NCBI GenBank assembly: GCA_964388835.1
Contig: CAYMBZ010000003.1
Span: 880-64,879, forward strand
Length of the DNA stretch: 64,000 nt
Direction of reading: 5' to 3'
DNA from: an uncultured Lachnospiraceae bacterium
GTDB lineage: Bacteria > Bacillota > Clostridia > UBA1381
How positions within the stretch are numbered: position 1 is the first letter of the stretch; each line of letters begins with the position of its first letter. A model generated the notes under the pieces. That model was not told the DNA's origin, ran no database searches, and was given only the letters and a program-made list of their open reading frames with translations. A program made the translations under genes and the position numbers. Shown in pieces: positions 1 to 8,959 of the stretch.

Positions 1-68
1 GTTGTCCTTATTCCGTCGCCGTCGTGCACGGCAAACCGCTTTATATCGCAAATCACTGCTTTGTTCAT
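1..68 (-). CDS. glycyl-radical enzyme activating enzyme (radical SAM), first 23 codons only; continues beyond the window edge
   Basis: Reverse-strand ATG at 68-66 reads MNKAVICDIKRFAVHDGDGIRTT. This resembles the N-terminal I-F-x-I-Q-R-[FY]-S-x-H-D-G-P-G-I-R-T signature of PFL2-type GRE activases. A GGGAG RBS lies just upstream, and the start is 13 nt after the stop of the preceding GRE gene. Confidence 0.6.
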   Translation of the reverse strand, partial: MNKAVICDIKRFAVHDGDGIRT

Positions 69-81
69 ACCGATTTCTCCC

Positions 82-2349
82 TTACTGTATATTTTCCGCT
101 CTTTTGATGTATGCATCCTGTTCTTTTTTATCCATATTGTTCCACAAAACATTCCAACCGCAGACTCGCACCTGCAGATTTTCATATCTTTCGGGGTGCT
201 TCTGCGCGTCATGCAGCACATCACTGTTAAAAATATTAAAATGCACCGATGCGCCGCCCTTAGACATATAAGTATTCAGCACGCTGTACAGAATATCTGT
301 TCCACCATCTTCGCAAACCACCGTAGGAAGTAACATAATGTCCAGACAGGCTCCGGAATCAGCAAGTGATAAATCCATTTCAGTCACGGAATTAATGAGC
401 GCCGTAACTCCGTTTTTGTCCGCTCCTGGAGTCGGAGAAGCATTTTTTGAGGTTTCATCGCCGTCTTTTCTTCCGTCCGGCGTTGCTTCGGTGCATTTCC
501 CCATTTCTATAAAAGCACGCGCGGAGTGCAGCTCATATTCATAATTTCCTCCGTGACAATTCTTTTTACCTGAAAAATACGACGAAAAAAACTGATGTAC
601 GGCGTTTGCATAATAATTTGTCAATTTATCGCCCGTTCCGTACTTATGTTTGCAGGAAAGCGCTTTCAATCGTAATTTTTCATAGCCATCCCAATTGCTG
701 TCAAGAGCTTTTTTTAGTTCGGCAAGCGTTGTCTGTTTCGTCTCGAACACGAGCTCATATACCGCCATCAGTGCATCCGCCGCGCTTGCCAATCCATTCA
801 GCAACACATCGCTTACATTCTTTATTCCCGAATCATTCGCATCGGTAAGCTTTTCAACACATTTTGGCACTGTAGCGGAATACAATATCATCGGATTAAC
901 TTCACTGATATACTGTTCTAATTCGTCGATATGTTTTGTACCGATTTCGAGAATGTGTTCGAATTGCGCAAGATACGCAGAATAAAATTCCTTAAAGGAC
1001 GTAAATTTTGTAACATCACCGGTTTGTATTCCAATTTTCGTTTCGGTTTGTTTGTCCACACCGTTATTAAATACCAGACTTACTGGCTTTAACGCATTGA
1101 ATGTGTTAAAGGATATGCCTATACAATCCGCTTTGGTGGTGTATTCATAGCATCCCTTTATAACCGAATCAACCGCAGCTTCATAATCCGCACCGTTTCT
1201 CATAAGCGATTTGATTATGATATCCTCATTGCAGAACACAATGCTCGTCGATCCGGATTTTATTATATCAAGTGCTTTCTTCACAAAGCTTTTCGGTGTA
1301 TCTTTGCTTATTTTTATTTGTATTTTCGGGTTGTAAATTCCCAGTGAATCGTACACGTCAAGTATCAGGTACGACAATTCGTTCACCTTCGTACTACCGT
1401 CAGTATTCGTTCCGGCAAGATAAAACGGCTGTCCCCAATAATTTCCCATTGCTGAAAACTGCATAAGGAAATATGCTATAAACCTTGTAAGTTCTTCTCT
1501 CGTAAAGGTGTTGTTTTCGATATCTCTTTTGAAAAACGGATATAACGTCGCATCGAGACCGTATCCCAAAGATCGAACCTGATAATGTTCCACGCTTTCG
1601 CTTATCATGAAATAAATGCAAATCATATGAAGCACATCATATGTGTTTTTCGGTGCACCCTCATACAGATTTTTTAGCGACGCCGAAATCGTTTCCGCTT
1701 TTGCGGATTTTTTCGTAAGAGAATATTCGTACAGCCTTTCAATAAACCTCAGAATCGCCTCGTATTCCGTTTTTACGGCATGATAAAAGATTTCCTGTTT
1801 TTCCGTAAGCTTATTTGCTTTTTTTAGCCTTTGGTATGCATCCTCGGCACGCTTTAATATTCCGCAAAATCCCAGTTCCGTCATCGATTCCCAATCCGGT
1901 ACGGTATGGTCAAAATCAAGACCAATCCACGCAGTGCCGGTTTTCTCCAGTGCAGAACGTTTTTCGTCACCCGATTTTTCGTCAGCCTTTTTTACAACTT
2001 CCCTGTACCATGGATTTATGGTGTATTTGTCGATAAGGCGACCCCACGAATACATCCCGATAAAATAATCGTTTTTATTGACGTCAATCCTTGTGTTATC
2101 CAGAACATACGCCACCATCTCAGCCTTAACTGCAGTATGCGGCTTATTTTTCGAAGCCTTTGAAATTTCGCAAAGTGCCGCATCGATTTCTTCATCCGTA
2201 AGTCCGGTCATTTCATCATAGTCATAGCCGTGATATGCCATTCTTTGAAAATCGTCAAATTCTTCATCGGTTTTGTGGTATTTATTTTCTATTTTTTTTC
2301 TGTCGTCTTCCGGCAGAAATGGAAATTTCCCGCTTATTCTTTCCCTCAT
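82..2349 (-). CDS. glycyl-radical enzyme, PFL2-like family (755 aa), substrate unknown
   Basis: Long ORF. The C-terminal glycyl-radical motif LQVRVCGWN sits about 25 aa from the end. A single catalytic Cys lies in VIKGCYEY (C-x-E arrangement, not the CC of pyruvate formate-lyase). The RBS GAGGTG is embedded in the 3' end of the upstream GRE. Confidence 0.85.
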   Translation of the reverse strand: MRERISGKFPFLPEDDRKKIENKYHKTDEEFDDFQRMAYHGYDYDEMTGLTDEEIDAALCEISKASKNKPHTAVKAEMVAYVLDNTRIDVNKNDYFIGMYSWGRLIDKYTINPWYREVVKKADEKSGDEKRSALEKTGTAWIGLDFDHTVPDWESMTELGFCGILKRAEDAYQRLKKANKLTEKQEIFYHAVKTEYEAILRFIERLYEYSLTKKSAKAETISASLKNLYEGAPKNTYDVLHMICIYFMISESVEHYQVRSLGYGLDATLYPFFKRDIENNTFTREELTRFIAYFLMQFSAMGNYWGQPFYLAGTNTDGSTKVNELSYLILDVYDSLGIYNPKIQIKISKDTPKSFVKKALDIIKSGSTSIVFCNEDIIIKSLMRNGADYEAAVDSVIKGCYEYTTKADCIGISFNTFNALKPVSLVFNNGVDKQTETKIGIQTGDVTKFTSFKEFYSAYLAQFEHILEIGTKHIDELEQYISEVNPMILYSATVPKCVEKLTDANDSGIKNVSDVLLNGLASAADALMAVYELVFETKQTTLAELKKALDSNWDGYEKLRLKALSCKHKYGTGDKLTNYYANAVHQFFSSYFSGKKNCHGGNYEYELHSARAFIEMGKCTEATPDGRKDGDETSKNASPTPGADKNGVTALINSVTEMDLSLADSGACLDIMLLPTVVCEDGGTDILYSVLNTYMSKGGASVHFNIFNSDVLHDAQKHPERYENLQVRVCGWNVLWNNMDKKEQDAYIKRAENIQ

Positions 2350-2352
2350 TTT

Positions 2353-4479
2353 TTACACCTCTAAGCTTTTTATTAAATTATTCTGCATTTCGATATCCAA
2401 ATCTGTAAAATACACATTCCAGCCGCACAAACGAACCTGTAGATTTTTATATTTTTCGGGATTTTTTTGTGCCGCTTTCAAGGTGTCAGGATTAACGACA
2501 TTAAAATGTACCGCAAATCCGCCTTTATTCAAATAGGTTTTCAAAACGCTTATCATGATTTCAATTCCTTCATCACACGAAACAGCTGTGGGGTGAAAAT
2601 GCAAATCAAGAACCGCGCCGTTGGGAGCATTGGTAAAATCAAATCTTGTTGCTGAATTTATCGCTCCGGTAACACCTTTTTTATCCATACCCACACTCGC
2701 GGAAAGATTTTTCGAAACCGGTTCTCCCGCAAATCTTCCGTCTGCGGAAGCACTGAGATTTTTTCCGGCTTCAATAATCCAATCTATTGAAAACATTCCC
2801 ATTCGGTATACACCATATCTTCCGTTTTGCTTTTGGTTGATACATTTTGACATATATTCTGTCAAATCACATGCCAAGCTATCGGCTTCATTGTCATTGT
2901 TACCGTATTTGGGATATTTGTCAGCCATTATTTTCCGTATGTTCTCTGCGCTGCTCCAATTATTTTTCAGAACCGCCTTTAATTTCGAAAGGGTTATTAT
3001 TTCATCTTCAAAAACGCCTTTTTTTATTGCCACAAGCTCATCGGTTACAGTTCCCAACCCATAAATGCATATTGATGAATTATTATATTTTGCTCCGCCG
3101 GAATATGCATCTTTTCCGCTTTCCATACAGCTTTCATATGTTGCTGACAGTATCGGTGCTTGAATAATATTTGAATATTGTTTTTCTACATTATTTATTT
3201 CCGATATGGCAATTTCTGCCCATGCTTTCAACTGCATTTTTACTGCATTATAAAATTCATCGAAAGTGCTGAATTCATTTCCGAAATCAATGCCGATACT
3301 TTTATCGGAAGCAACTCTCTTTCCGTTATTCAATACAGTTTCAACCGCCATAGGCATATTAATCCTACCGTTTAACGTACAGGGAATTTCTTTTCCGGAA
3401 GCGCATGGCTCATAACAACCGATTAAAGTATAATCTTCTGCGTCACATTCTTCGATTCCCGACTTTACAAGAGCTTTTTTTACGATATCGTCATTTACAA
3501 AAACAAAGCTGTTATTTCCGTTTCGAATCGACGTCATAATCATTTTATACGCTTTGTCTGTCATATTTTTCGAACACTTTACATGAATTTTCGGGTCCGG
3601 AATACCAAGCTTTTCGTATTCCTCCAAAATCAAATATGTCAATTCGTTTACATGCGTACATAAATTAAACGGAATATTGGCAAGTATTTGTCTCGAATTC
3701 CATTTAAACAAAAAGTATCTCAAAAGCTCTCGAACATCATCTTCACTGTAAATTCCTTCCTCTGTATCATACCTGTAGTAAGGGTACAAAATATCATCGA
3801 CAGCTCCGAGCGAGCGCAACGTATTTCCTTGCGTTAACTGCTGTGCAGAATAGTAAATAAAATACAATTGCATTGCTTCAGCCAGATTCTTTGGCTTACC
3901 CTTCAGCAAAGAAGAAAGGCTTTGAGCTGAAAACAAACTATTGACCGAATTTGTTTTTTTACATTCTTCACAAAGACGCTTTATATATATCAAAACACCC
4001 TCATAAGCATATTTAACGGATAAATAAAAATCTTCCTCTTTTTTTGATAAATTTATCTTTTTTAAACATTCTTCGGCATTTTCGAGTATACCGGTAAATC
4101 CAAGATTAAACACTCTGTTCCAATCAGGCATTGTGTGCCCGAAATCGGCAACGGCGACAAAAGCCCCCTCAGACGGAAATATTTTATCACTGTTGTCTTT
4201 TATGTATTTTTTATATTCTTCATCTATCAAAAAACACGGGCTGTACACTTCACTTGCCATATCGGAAAATATATCAGCCGGATTAATACACAATTCCGCT
4301 TTTTCAAAATAATGTTTTACGGCTTTTCCGAAACCTACCGATTTGGAATTTTCATTATGGTATATTTCTTTTATTTCTTCATATAACTCTTCCGCTTTTT
4401 CCTTGTTTGCGTTTTCATAAAACTTTGAGTATTGATTTTCTATTTTTTCTCTATTTTCGGTAAATTTTAAAATATTCAT
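2353..4479 (-). CDS. glycyl-radical enzyme paralog, PFL2-like family (708 aa), substrate unknown
   Basis: Long ORF with C-terminal LQVRLCGWN glycyl motif and a catalytic Cys in LIGCYEP. It is collinear with the neighbouring GRE (for example HTMPDWNRVFNLGFTGIL versus HTVPDWESMTELGFCGIL). Its stop is 3 nt from the next start. Confidence 0.85.
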   Translation of the reverse strand: MNILKFTENREKIENQYSKFYENANKEKAEELYEEIKEIYHNENSKSVGFGKAVKHYFEKAELCINPADIFSDMASEVYSPCFLIDEEYKKYIKDNSDKIFPSEGAFVAVADFGHTMPDWNRVFNLGFTGILENAEECLKKINLSKKEEDFYLSVKYAYEGVLIYIKRLCEECKKTNSVNSLFSAQSLSSLLKGKPKNLAEAMQLYFIYYSAQQLTQGNTLRSLGAVDDILYPYYRYDTEEGIYSEDDVRELLRYFLFKWNSRQILANIPFNLCTHVNELTYLILEEYEKLGIPDPKIHVKCSKNMTDKAYKMIMTSIRNGNNSFVFVNDDIVKKALVKSGIEECDAEDYTLIGCYEPCASGKEIPCTLNGRINMPMAVETVLNNGKRVASDKSIGIDFGNEFSTFDEFYNAVKMQLKAWAEIAISEINNVEKQYSNIIQAPILSATYESCMESGKDAYSGGAKYNNSSICIYGLGTVTDELVAIKKGVFEDEIITLSKLKAVLKNNWSSAENIRKIMADKYPKYGNNDNEADSLACDLTEYMSKCINQKQNGRYGVYRMGMFSIDWIIEAGKNLSASADGRFAGEPVSKNLSASVGMDKKGVTGAINSATRFDFTNAPNGAVLDLHFHPTAVSCDEGIEIMISVLKTYLNKGGFAVHFNVVNPDTLKAAQKNPEKYKNLQVRLCGWNVYFTDLDIEMQNNLIKSLEV

Positions 4480-4581
4480 TTTTTACTTCCTTTCAATACG
4501 GATTTGACTGTATTTTATATCAACAAATATTTTAATTCAATGGACAAAAAATAAAAAATGGATTTTTCGAACATAAACATC

Positions 4582-4610
4582 TTGACTTTCTTAAAAAAAT
4601 CAAGTATAGT
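4582..4610 (+). promoter_or_regulatory. candidate sigma-70-type promoter for the AraC regulator gene
   Basis: TTGACT (4582-4587), 17-nt spacer, TATAGT (4605-4610), ending 15 nt before the ATG at 4626. This would give a very short leader. Confidence 0.45.
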
Positions 4611-4625
4611 TGTTGTGGTGATATT

Positions 4626-5417
4626 ATGGAAGCTGATTTGACAATAGAAAGAATAATAAATGTATTCGACGGTGAATTTAAGCCCGGTATCATTCCGAAA
4701 AAAACAATCGGCAGGTACAGGGATTGCTTTGTGTGTTATTTATACGGAAAAACAAAGTATATATTTGATAATTATTCATTTACCGCAGCTCCGCAAAAGT
4801 TTATTTATTTGTCAAAAGACAGCAAATATGAAATGCATATACTTGAAAACAGTAAATTTGTTTGCGTTGATTTTGACTTTTGCACAATGCCTCGCTCTCA
4901 AAAAAGTACAGCGTTTAAATGCAATTCATTCGATATAAAAAGACAATTCCAAAAAATGCTGCATATTTGGAATAACAGAAGACCAGGCTATATTGCTCAG
5001 ATATTTTCATGTATATATAATGTTTATGCCGAAGCCATAAAAACAGAAAACAAATTATATTCGAAAAGTAGCCTTTTGGTTTCGGAAATAACAGAATATA
5101 TTTTGAATAATTATACCGATTCGGATTTTAGTATAAATGATATATCAACACATTTCGGAATTTCAGAGGTGCATTTAAGAAGGCTTATCGATCAATCGTT
5201 CTGCACTTCTCCTATAAAATATATAAATAATCTAAAGCTTGATAGAGCTAAAAATATGCTCAAAATCTCCAATTATTCGATAGCCGAAATAGCGCAAAGC
5301 TCGGGATTTGCAGATCCATATTATTTCAGCAGATTTTTCAAACAGCAGATGGGTGTCTCTCCGTCAGAATATAGATCGTCTGTTGACTTCGTTGTTAGCA
5401 CCACAAACACCGAATAA
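4626..5417 (+). CDS. AraC-family transcriptional regulator (263 aa), divergent from the GRE operon
   Basis: C-terminal double helix-turn-helix typical of AraC/XylS (ISTHFGISEVHLRRLIDQSF ... IAEIAQSSGFADPYYFSRFFKQQMGVSPSEYR). The N-terminal half looks like a cupin/ligand-binding domain. Confidence 0.85.
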   Translation: MEADLTIERIINVFDGEFKPGIIPKKTIGRYRDCFVCYLYGKTKYIFDNYSFTAAPQKFIYLSKDSKYEMHILENSKFVCVDFDFCTMPRSQKSTAFKCNSFDIKRQFQKMLHIWNNRRPGYIAQIFSCIYNVYAEAIKTENKLYSKSSLLVSEITEYILNNYTDSDFSINDISTHFGISEVHLRRLIDQSFCTSPIKYINNLKLDRAKNMLKISNYSIAEIAQSSGFADPYYFSRFFKQQMGVSPSEYRSSVDFVVSTTNTE

Positions 5418-5424
5418 AAAGTAA

Positions 5425-5682
5425 ATGGGAATTTTCCACAAAAAAACTTGTAATGATAATATCGGCACAACAATTTCCCTTGCCGATATTATTCCCGAAA
5501 AATACGGATATATCTTTGATGGTGGGTATTCAGATCCTCGAACAAAGGGAAATCGTGTAACGGAATTTACTTTCAATGGAAATGATGCCGTTTATGCGAA
5601 ATGGATTCCAAACGGATTAGAGCAAATTGAAGAGCAAGAAATAAAGACAACTCCGCTGACAACGGCTGAAATACTTGCCTAA
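5425..5682 (+). pseudogene. orphan fragment carrying a single Listeria-Bacteroides (Flg_new) repeat; probably a remnant of a surface protein gene
   Basis: PEKYGYIFDGGYSDPRTKGNRVTEFTFNGNDAVYAKW matches the GYTFxGWYTD...LYAKW repeat consensus. There is no signal peptide and no convincing RBS. It starts 8 nt after the AraC stop. Confidence 0.4.
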
Positions 5683-5948
5683 CGGAAAATGTTGTTAAAG
5701 ATTTGCACGCAACATTGACGGAAAACATAATTGTCGGAGGCATATACAGAAATCAGGAAGTTCGTATAAGCGGTGCAGGTTTTACACCGCCTGCGGGAAA
5801 TGAAATGTATATACAAATCAAAGGCTTTTATGAAGATATAAAAAGCAAGTCTGATTTAAACTCAATCGAATTTACAGCATGGATACATGCAGACTTTGTT
5901 GCAGATTTGGAAGAAAAACAGCTGAATGAATACTTAAATTTGATTTGA
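5670..5948 (+). pseudogene. truncated Fic/DOC-family fragment lacking the catalytic HxFx[DE]GNGR motif
   Basis: The open frame reads LTENVVKDLHATLTENIIVGGIYRNQEVRISGAGFTPPAGNEM...AWIHADFV. This resembles the Fic core up to the helix preceding the active-site loop and then diverges and stops. The N-terminus is missing as well. Confidence 0.45.
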
Positions 5949-5975
5949 ATATATATTCTTTACGAAAAATAAACA

Positions 5976-6016
5976 AAGCCGATAAACCGCTTGAAATAAG
6001 GGTTTATCGGCTTTTC
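5976..6016 (+). terminator. rho-independent terminator
   Basis: A perfect 13-bp stem, AAGCCGATAAACC (5976-5988) with GGTTTATCGGCTT (6001-6013), runs into a T tract. Confidence 0.7.
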
Positions 6017-6033
6017 CTTAAATTACTAATATT

Positions 6034-6108
6034 GGTGAAGCATTAGACCGATTGCAATCGGAATTAAAGCACAAGCCGGTAAAAGGAATAGGTATCAAAG
6101 AAAAATAA
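6034..6108 (+). repeat. 75-nt gene-tail relic, copy A (24 codons plus TAA: GEALDRLQSELKHKPVKGIGIKEK*)
   Basis: Matches 31999-32073 with 7 differences, all at third codon positions in this frame (6 synonymous, 1 Asp/Glu). A TAA at 6019-6021 closes the frame upstream and there is no start codon. Confidence 0.8.
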
Positions 6109-6129
6109 ATATCCGTACAACAAGAGCTG

Positions 6130-6176
6130 TTAATCGCATGATAAAAATTTCATCATGCGATTAATGGCTTTTTGTC
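6130..6176 (+). terminator. hairpin terminator following relic A
   Basis: 13-bp stem TTAATCGCATGAT (6130-6142) with ATCATGCGATTAA (6152-6164), followed by TGGCTTTTTG. Confidence 0.5.
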
Positions 6177-6705
6177 TTAAACTTGTTACACAGAAATGTT
6201 ATAATAAAATGTACCCCATATGTCACTTCGTTATATGCTATAATATACAAGAGTATATAGGAGGTTTTCTAACCGGACAAATTATTAAAACAAGTGATTT
6301 TATCAATGAAAATCATGTGATATAACGATTTCAACCCGGTAGAAAAACAAGCAAAAGCGGAAATGCTAGATTACCGACTTTGGCTCTCGAACCCGTTTTA
6401 TTGTGTGAAGCAAAATGGCAAAATAGTCACAAAAGATGCCGAAAGTGATTTTTCGTTTTTCAAATCGTCTTACCCGCAAAATTCAAGAGTGAATTTCCAT
6501 GGTCGAATAAAGGAGCAGGAGTAAGTACAACGATAAAATCTAAATTACCGAAGTGTCGGTATGTGTTTATAATGATAGTATCAACTATCATTATAAATTT
6601 CAAACATTCCAAATAAATTCCGCTGTTCCTGTTTTCATCTGTGGCGATACATTTAATCAAAGTATTGCGCACCGCACGTTTTCATTATGTGAAGATAGGG
6701 GGTGT

Positions 6706-8934
6706 TTAATCAATCCGTTTTTTTCTGTAATCGGCAGGTGTCATGCCGGTGACCGACTTAAATACTCTGTGAAACGTCTGCTTATTTGTAAAACCGACCA
6801 TTTCAAGGATTTGCTCAATTGTAAGTTCGGTGGTTTCCAAAAGGTCTTTTGCTCGGTCGATACGCAGATTATTCAAAAGCTGTTTAAAGGAATAGTCCGT
6901 ATTGCTCTGAATAAGCCTTGTAACGGTGCTCTGGCTTGTGCCGAACATATCCGCGAGCTGTTTTAAAGACATATCCTGTGAAGAACAGTTAGCCTTTATG
7001 TATGCGTATAGCTTGTCAAAATCCGTTACCGTTCGCTCGGAGGAGGTCAGGTAATCTACCAGCTCTTCGATATATGAGCGAACGCCGGATAAGGGCTGTG
7101 CGAGAAATTTATTGGCTATTTCAAAGTCAAGCATATCCTCCATGTATGGTATCTTATTAATCCGCATGTATTTCAATATTGTATTTAATATATAATTGTA
7201 CATTCTCTTTGTATCGCGCGGCGAAAGTGTCGGCTTATCGCTTAAAATATCATTTATTGCCGCCAAAATCGTATCTTTATCCAGTGTGGAAAGTGCGGAA
7301 TAAACGGTAGTTTCATCGGTTATTGTAAAGATAAAGGAGTCCTTGGAGCTGATATCTATAACCGGTGTTTCGTTAGGAGTATGATACGGAATAAATGAGT
7401 CCAGAGCCTCGGCGTGGGCTTGCTTCAGCCCCGGAATTCCGCGATATGCCTTACTCATTCCGATTGAAACCGTAATGTATTCAAAATCATTTGTAAGAAA
7501 GTACATAATGGAATTCAATACATCTTTTATCTCCTCATGCTGTTTTTCGTCCTTAAAATTCAGTATTATATTAAGCACATTGTTTTCCGCAGGGAGAACA
7601 TATGTTCTGAATTTTTCGGTAAACATATCGCACACAACGTTATAAAATCCCGATTTAATGGTTATGTATGATTGATTATCGAATTTATCATAAAAATTCG
7701 GTGCGGGAGACAATTGCAAAATGACGATGGAGAAAAGGTCGTATTCGAAAGAAAACGAGCCTTCAATTGCGTCAAAATCGGAATCTTTATTGTAAATTTC
7801 AAGGTCATTCAGTACATTTATAAGATATTTCTGCTGTGCATACGGCAGTGATTTTTGCAGTAAATCAATTTGAGATTTTGCTTTTTGCGCCAGTGATACA
7901 TTGTCATAAAGCATGTTTGAAGCAATGCTGTCCTCGCCCTTTAGCGAAGAATATATTTCGCTTATGGGCTTGAAAATGTTTTTTGTATTTCTGAAAGCTA
8001 TAAAAACGGCGCTGGATATCGCGATTATGCAAACTGCGATAATCAAAACGATAAAAAGCAAGATATCCTTGTAAATTTCCGAGGTGGGCGTTAATGCAAC
8101 ATATGTATATCCCAAAAGAGAGCGATTTGCGGTGCCGGTGGATACCAAGTAGCGGTCACGTGCCAAAACGGTTTTAAAGTTGGAATTAGGGCGTGACAGT
8201 ACGGTGTTGGCAAAATTATCCGATTGAGTTATTTTTGTGTCGTTATCATTGTTTAAGGAAAAGAATTCCTCAGTAAAATTGTTAAGTATAAAGTATTGCG
8301 TAGAATTGTTGTAATTGTAGTTGTTGAGCGAAATGATTGTAGTTAAATCCACGTTCAAAACGAAGTAACGCTTTTGATTTACCTTGTACACAATCGGAAT
8401 TGTGTTGTAAGTTTTATCGCCCGCATGCATTGCACATGGGGAGAGCATACGGAAGTTGTTGTTGGTGTAAATATACAACGATTGCCAGTAGTTTGCGTCG
8501 TAGGCGGAATATGTTAAATCATCGGAAAAATACTCCGGAATCGGAACACTGCCGCCGGAATGGTACACCACCCCGTTTGTTTGGTCAAGAAGAAATGTGG
8601 TTATAACATGGGGTGTTTCCGCAGAAAACTGTGCAAGTGAAGCAAAAAAATCCGGAGATTGGATTACGTCGTTGCCCTCTATAAACCTATCCGTTATAGG
8701 TTGGTGAACGTAAAATTTAACGGTACTTTTTAACATATCAATATTGTTTTCACAGTATGCGGATGCCGATTGCATATTTGAAACTGTGTTTTTGTTTGTT
8801 ATTGCAGTAAGTTTTGAAAATGAGGAAAAGCAAACATATACCGAAACAATACTGACGATTATTGCGGGTATCAATATTGACATAAGCAAAAAACTGAAAG
8901 TTTCATTCTTTTGTTTTTGTTTGAAAAATCTCAT
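6706..8934 (-). CDS. transmembrane one-component regulator with C-terminal AraC-type HTH (742 aa), locus 1
   Basis: Hydrophobic segment near residues 13-36 (FSFLLMSILIPAIIVSIVSVYVCF), then roughly 250 aa of predicted extracytoplasmic region. A second hydrophobic segment follows (LLFIVLIIAVCIIAISSAVFIAF), then a cytoplasmic region ending in an AraC double HTH (LKQLADMFGTSQSTVTRLIQ ... MVGFTNKQTFHRVFKSVTGMTPADYRK). No receiver or kinase motifs were seen. Confidence 0.8.
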   Translation of the reverse strand: MRFFKQKQKNETFSFLLMSILIPAIIVSIVSVYVCFSSFSKLTAITNKNTVSNMQSASAYCENNIDMLKSTVKFYVHQPITDRFIEGNDVIQSPDFFASLAQFSAETPHVITTFLLDQTNGVVYHSGGSVPIPEYFSDDLTYSAYDANYWQSLYIYTNNNFRMLSPCAMHAGDKTYNTIPIVYKVNQKRYFVLNVDLTTIISLNNYNYNNSTQYFILNNFTEEFFSLNNDNDTKITQSDNFANTVLSRPNSNFKTVLARDRYLVSTGTANRSLLGYTYVALTPTSEIYKDILLFIVLIIAVCIIAISSAVFIAFRNTKNIFKPISEIYSSLKGEDSIASNMLYDNVSLAQKAKSQIDLLQKSLPYAQQKYLINVLNDLEIYNKDSDFDAIEGSFSFEYDLFSIVILQLSPAPNFYDKFDNQSYITIKSGFYNVVCDMFTEKFRTYVLPAENNVLNIILNFKDEKQHEEIKDVLNSIMYFLTNDFEYITVSIGMSKAYRGIPGLKQAHAEALDSFIPYHTPNETPVIDISSKDSFIFTITDETTVYSALSTLDKDTILAAINDILSDKPTLSPRDTKRMYNYILNTILKYMRINKIPYMEDMLDFEIANKFLAQPLSGVRSYIEELVDYLTSSERTVTDFDKLYAYIKANCSSQDMSLKQLADMFGTSQSTVTRLIQSNTDYSFKQLLNNLRIDRAKDLLETTELTIEQILEMVGFTNKQTFHRVFKSVTGMTPADYRKKRID

Positions 8935-8959
8935 GATTTTTCTCTCCTTTTGGTATTTT

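Noticed and set aside
6364-6528. A 54-codon ORF (MLDYRLWLSNPFYCVKQNGKIVTKDAESDF...) and an apparent TATAAT plus GGAGG signal at 6239-6265 with no start codon behind it.
   Set aside because: No recognisable family, no RBS for the ORF, and no ORF for the RBS. This is probably further decayed sequence in the junk zone.
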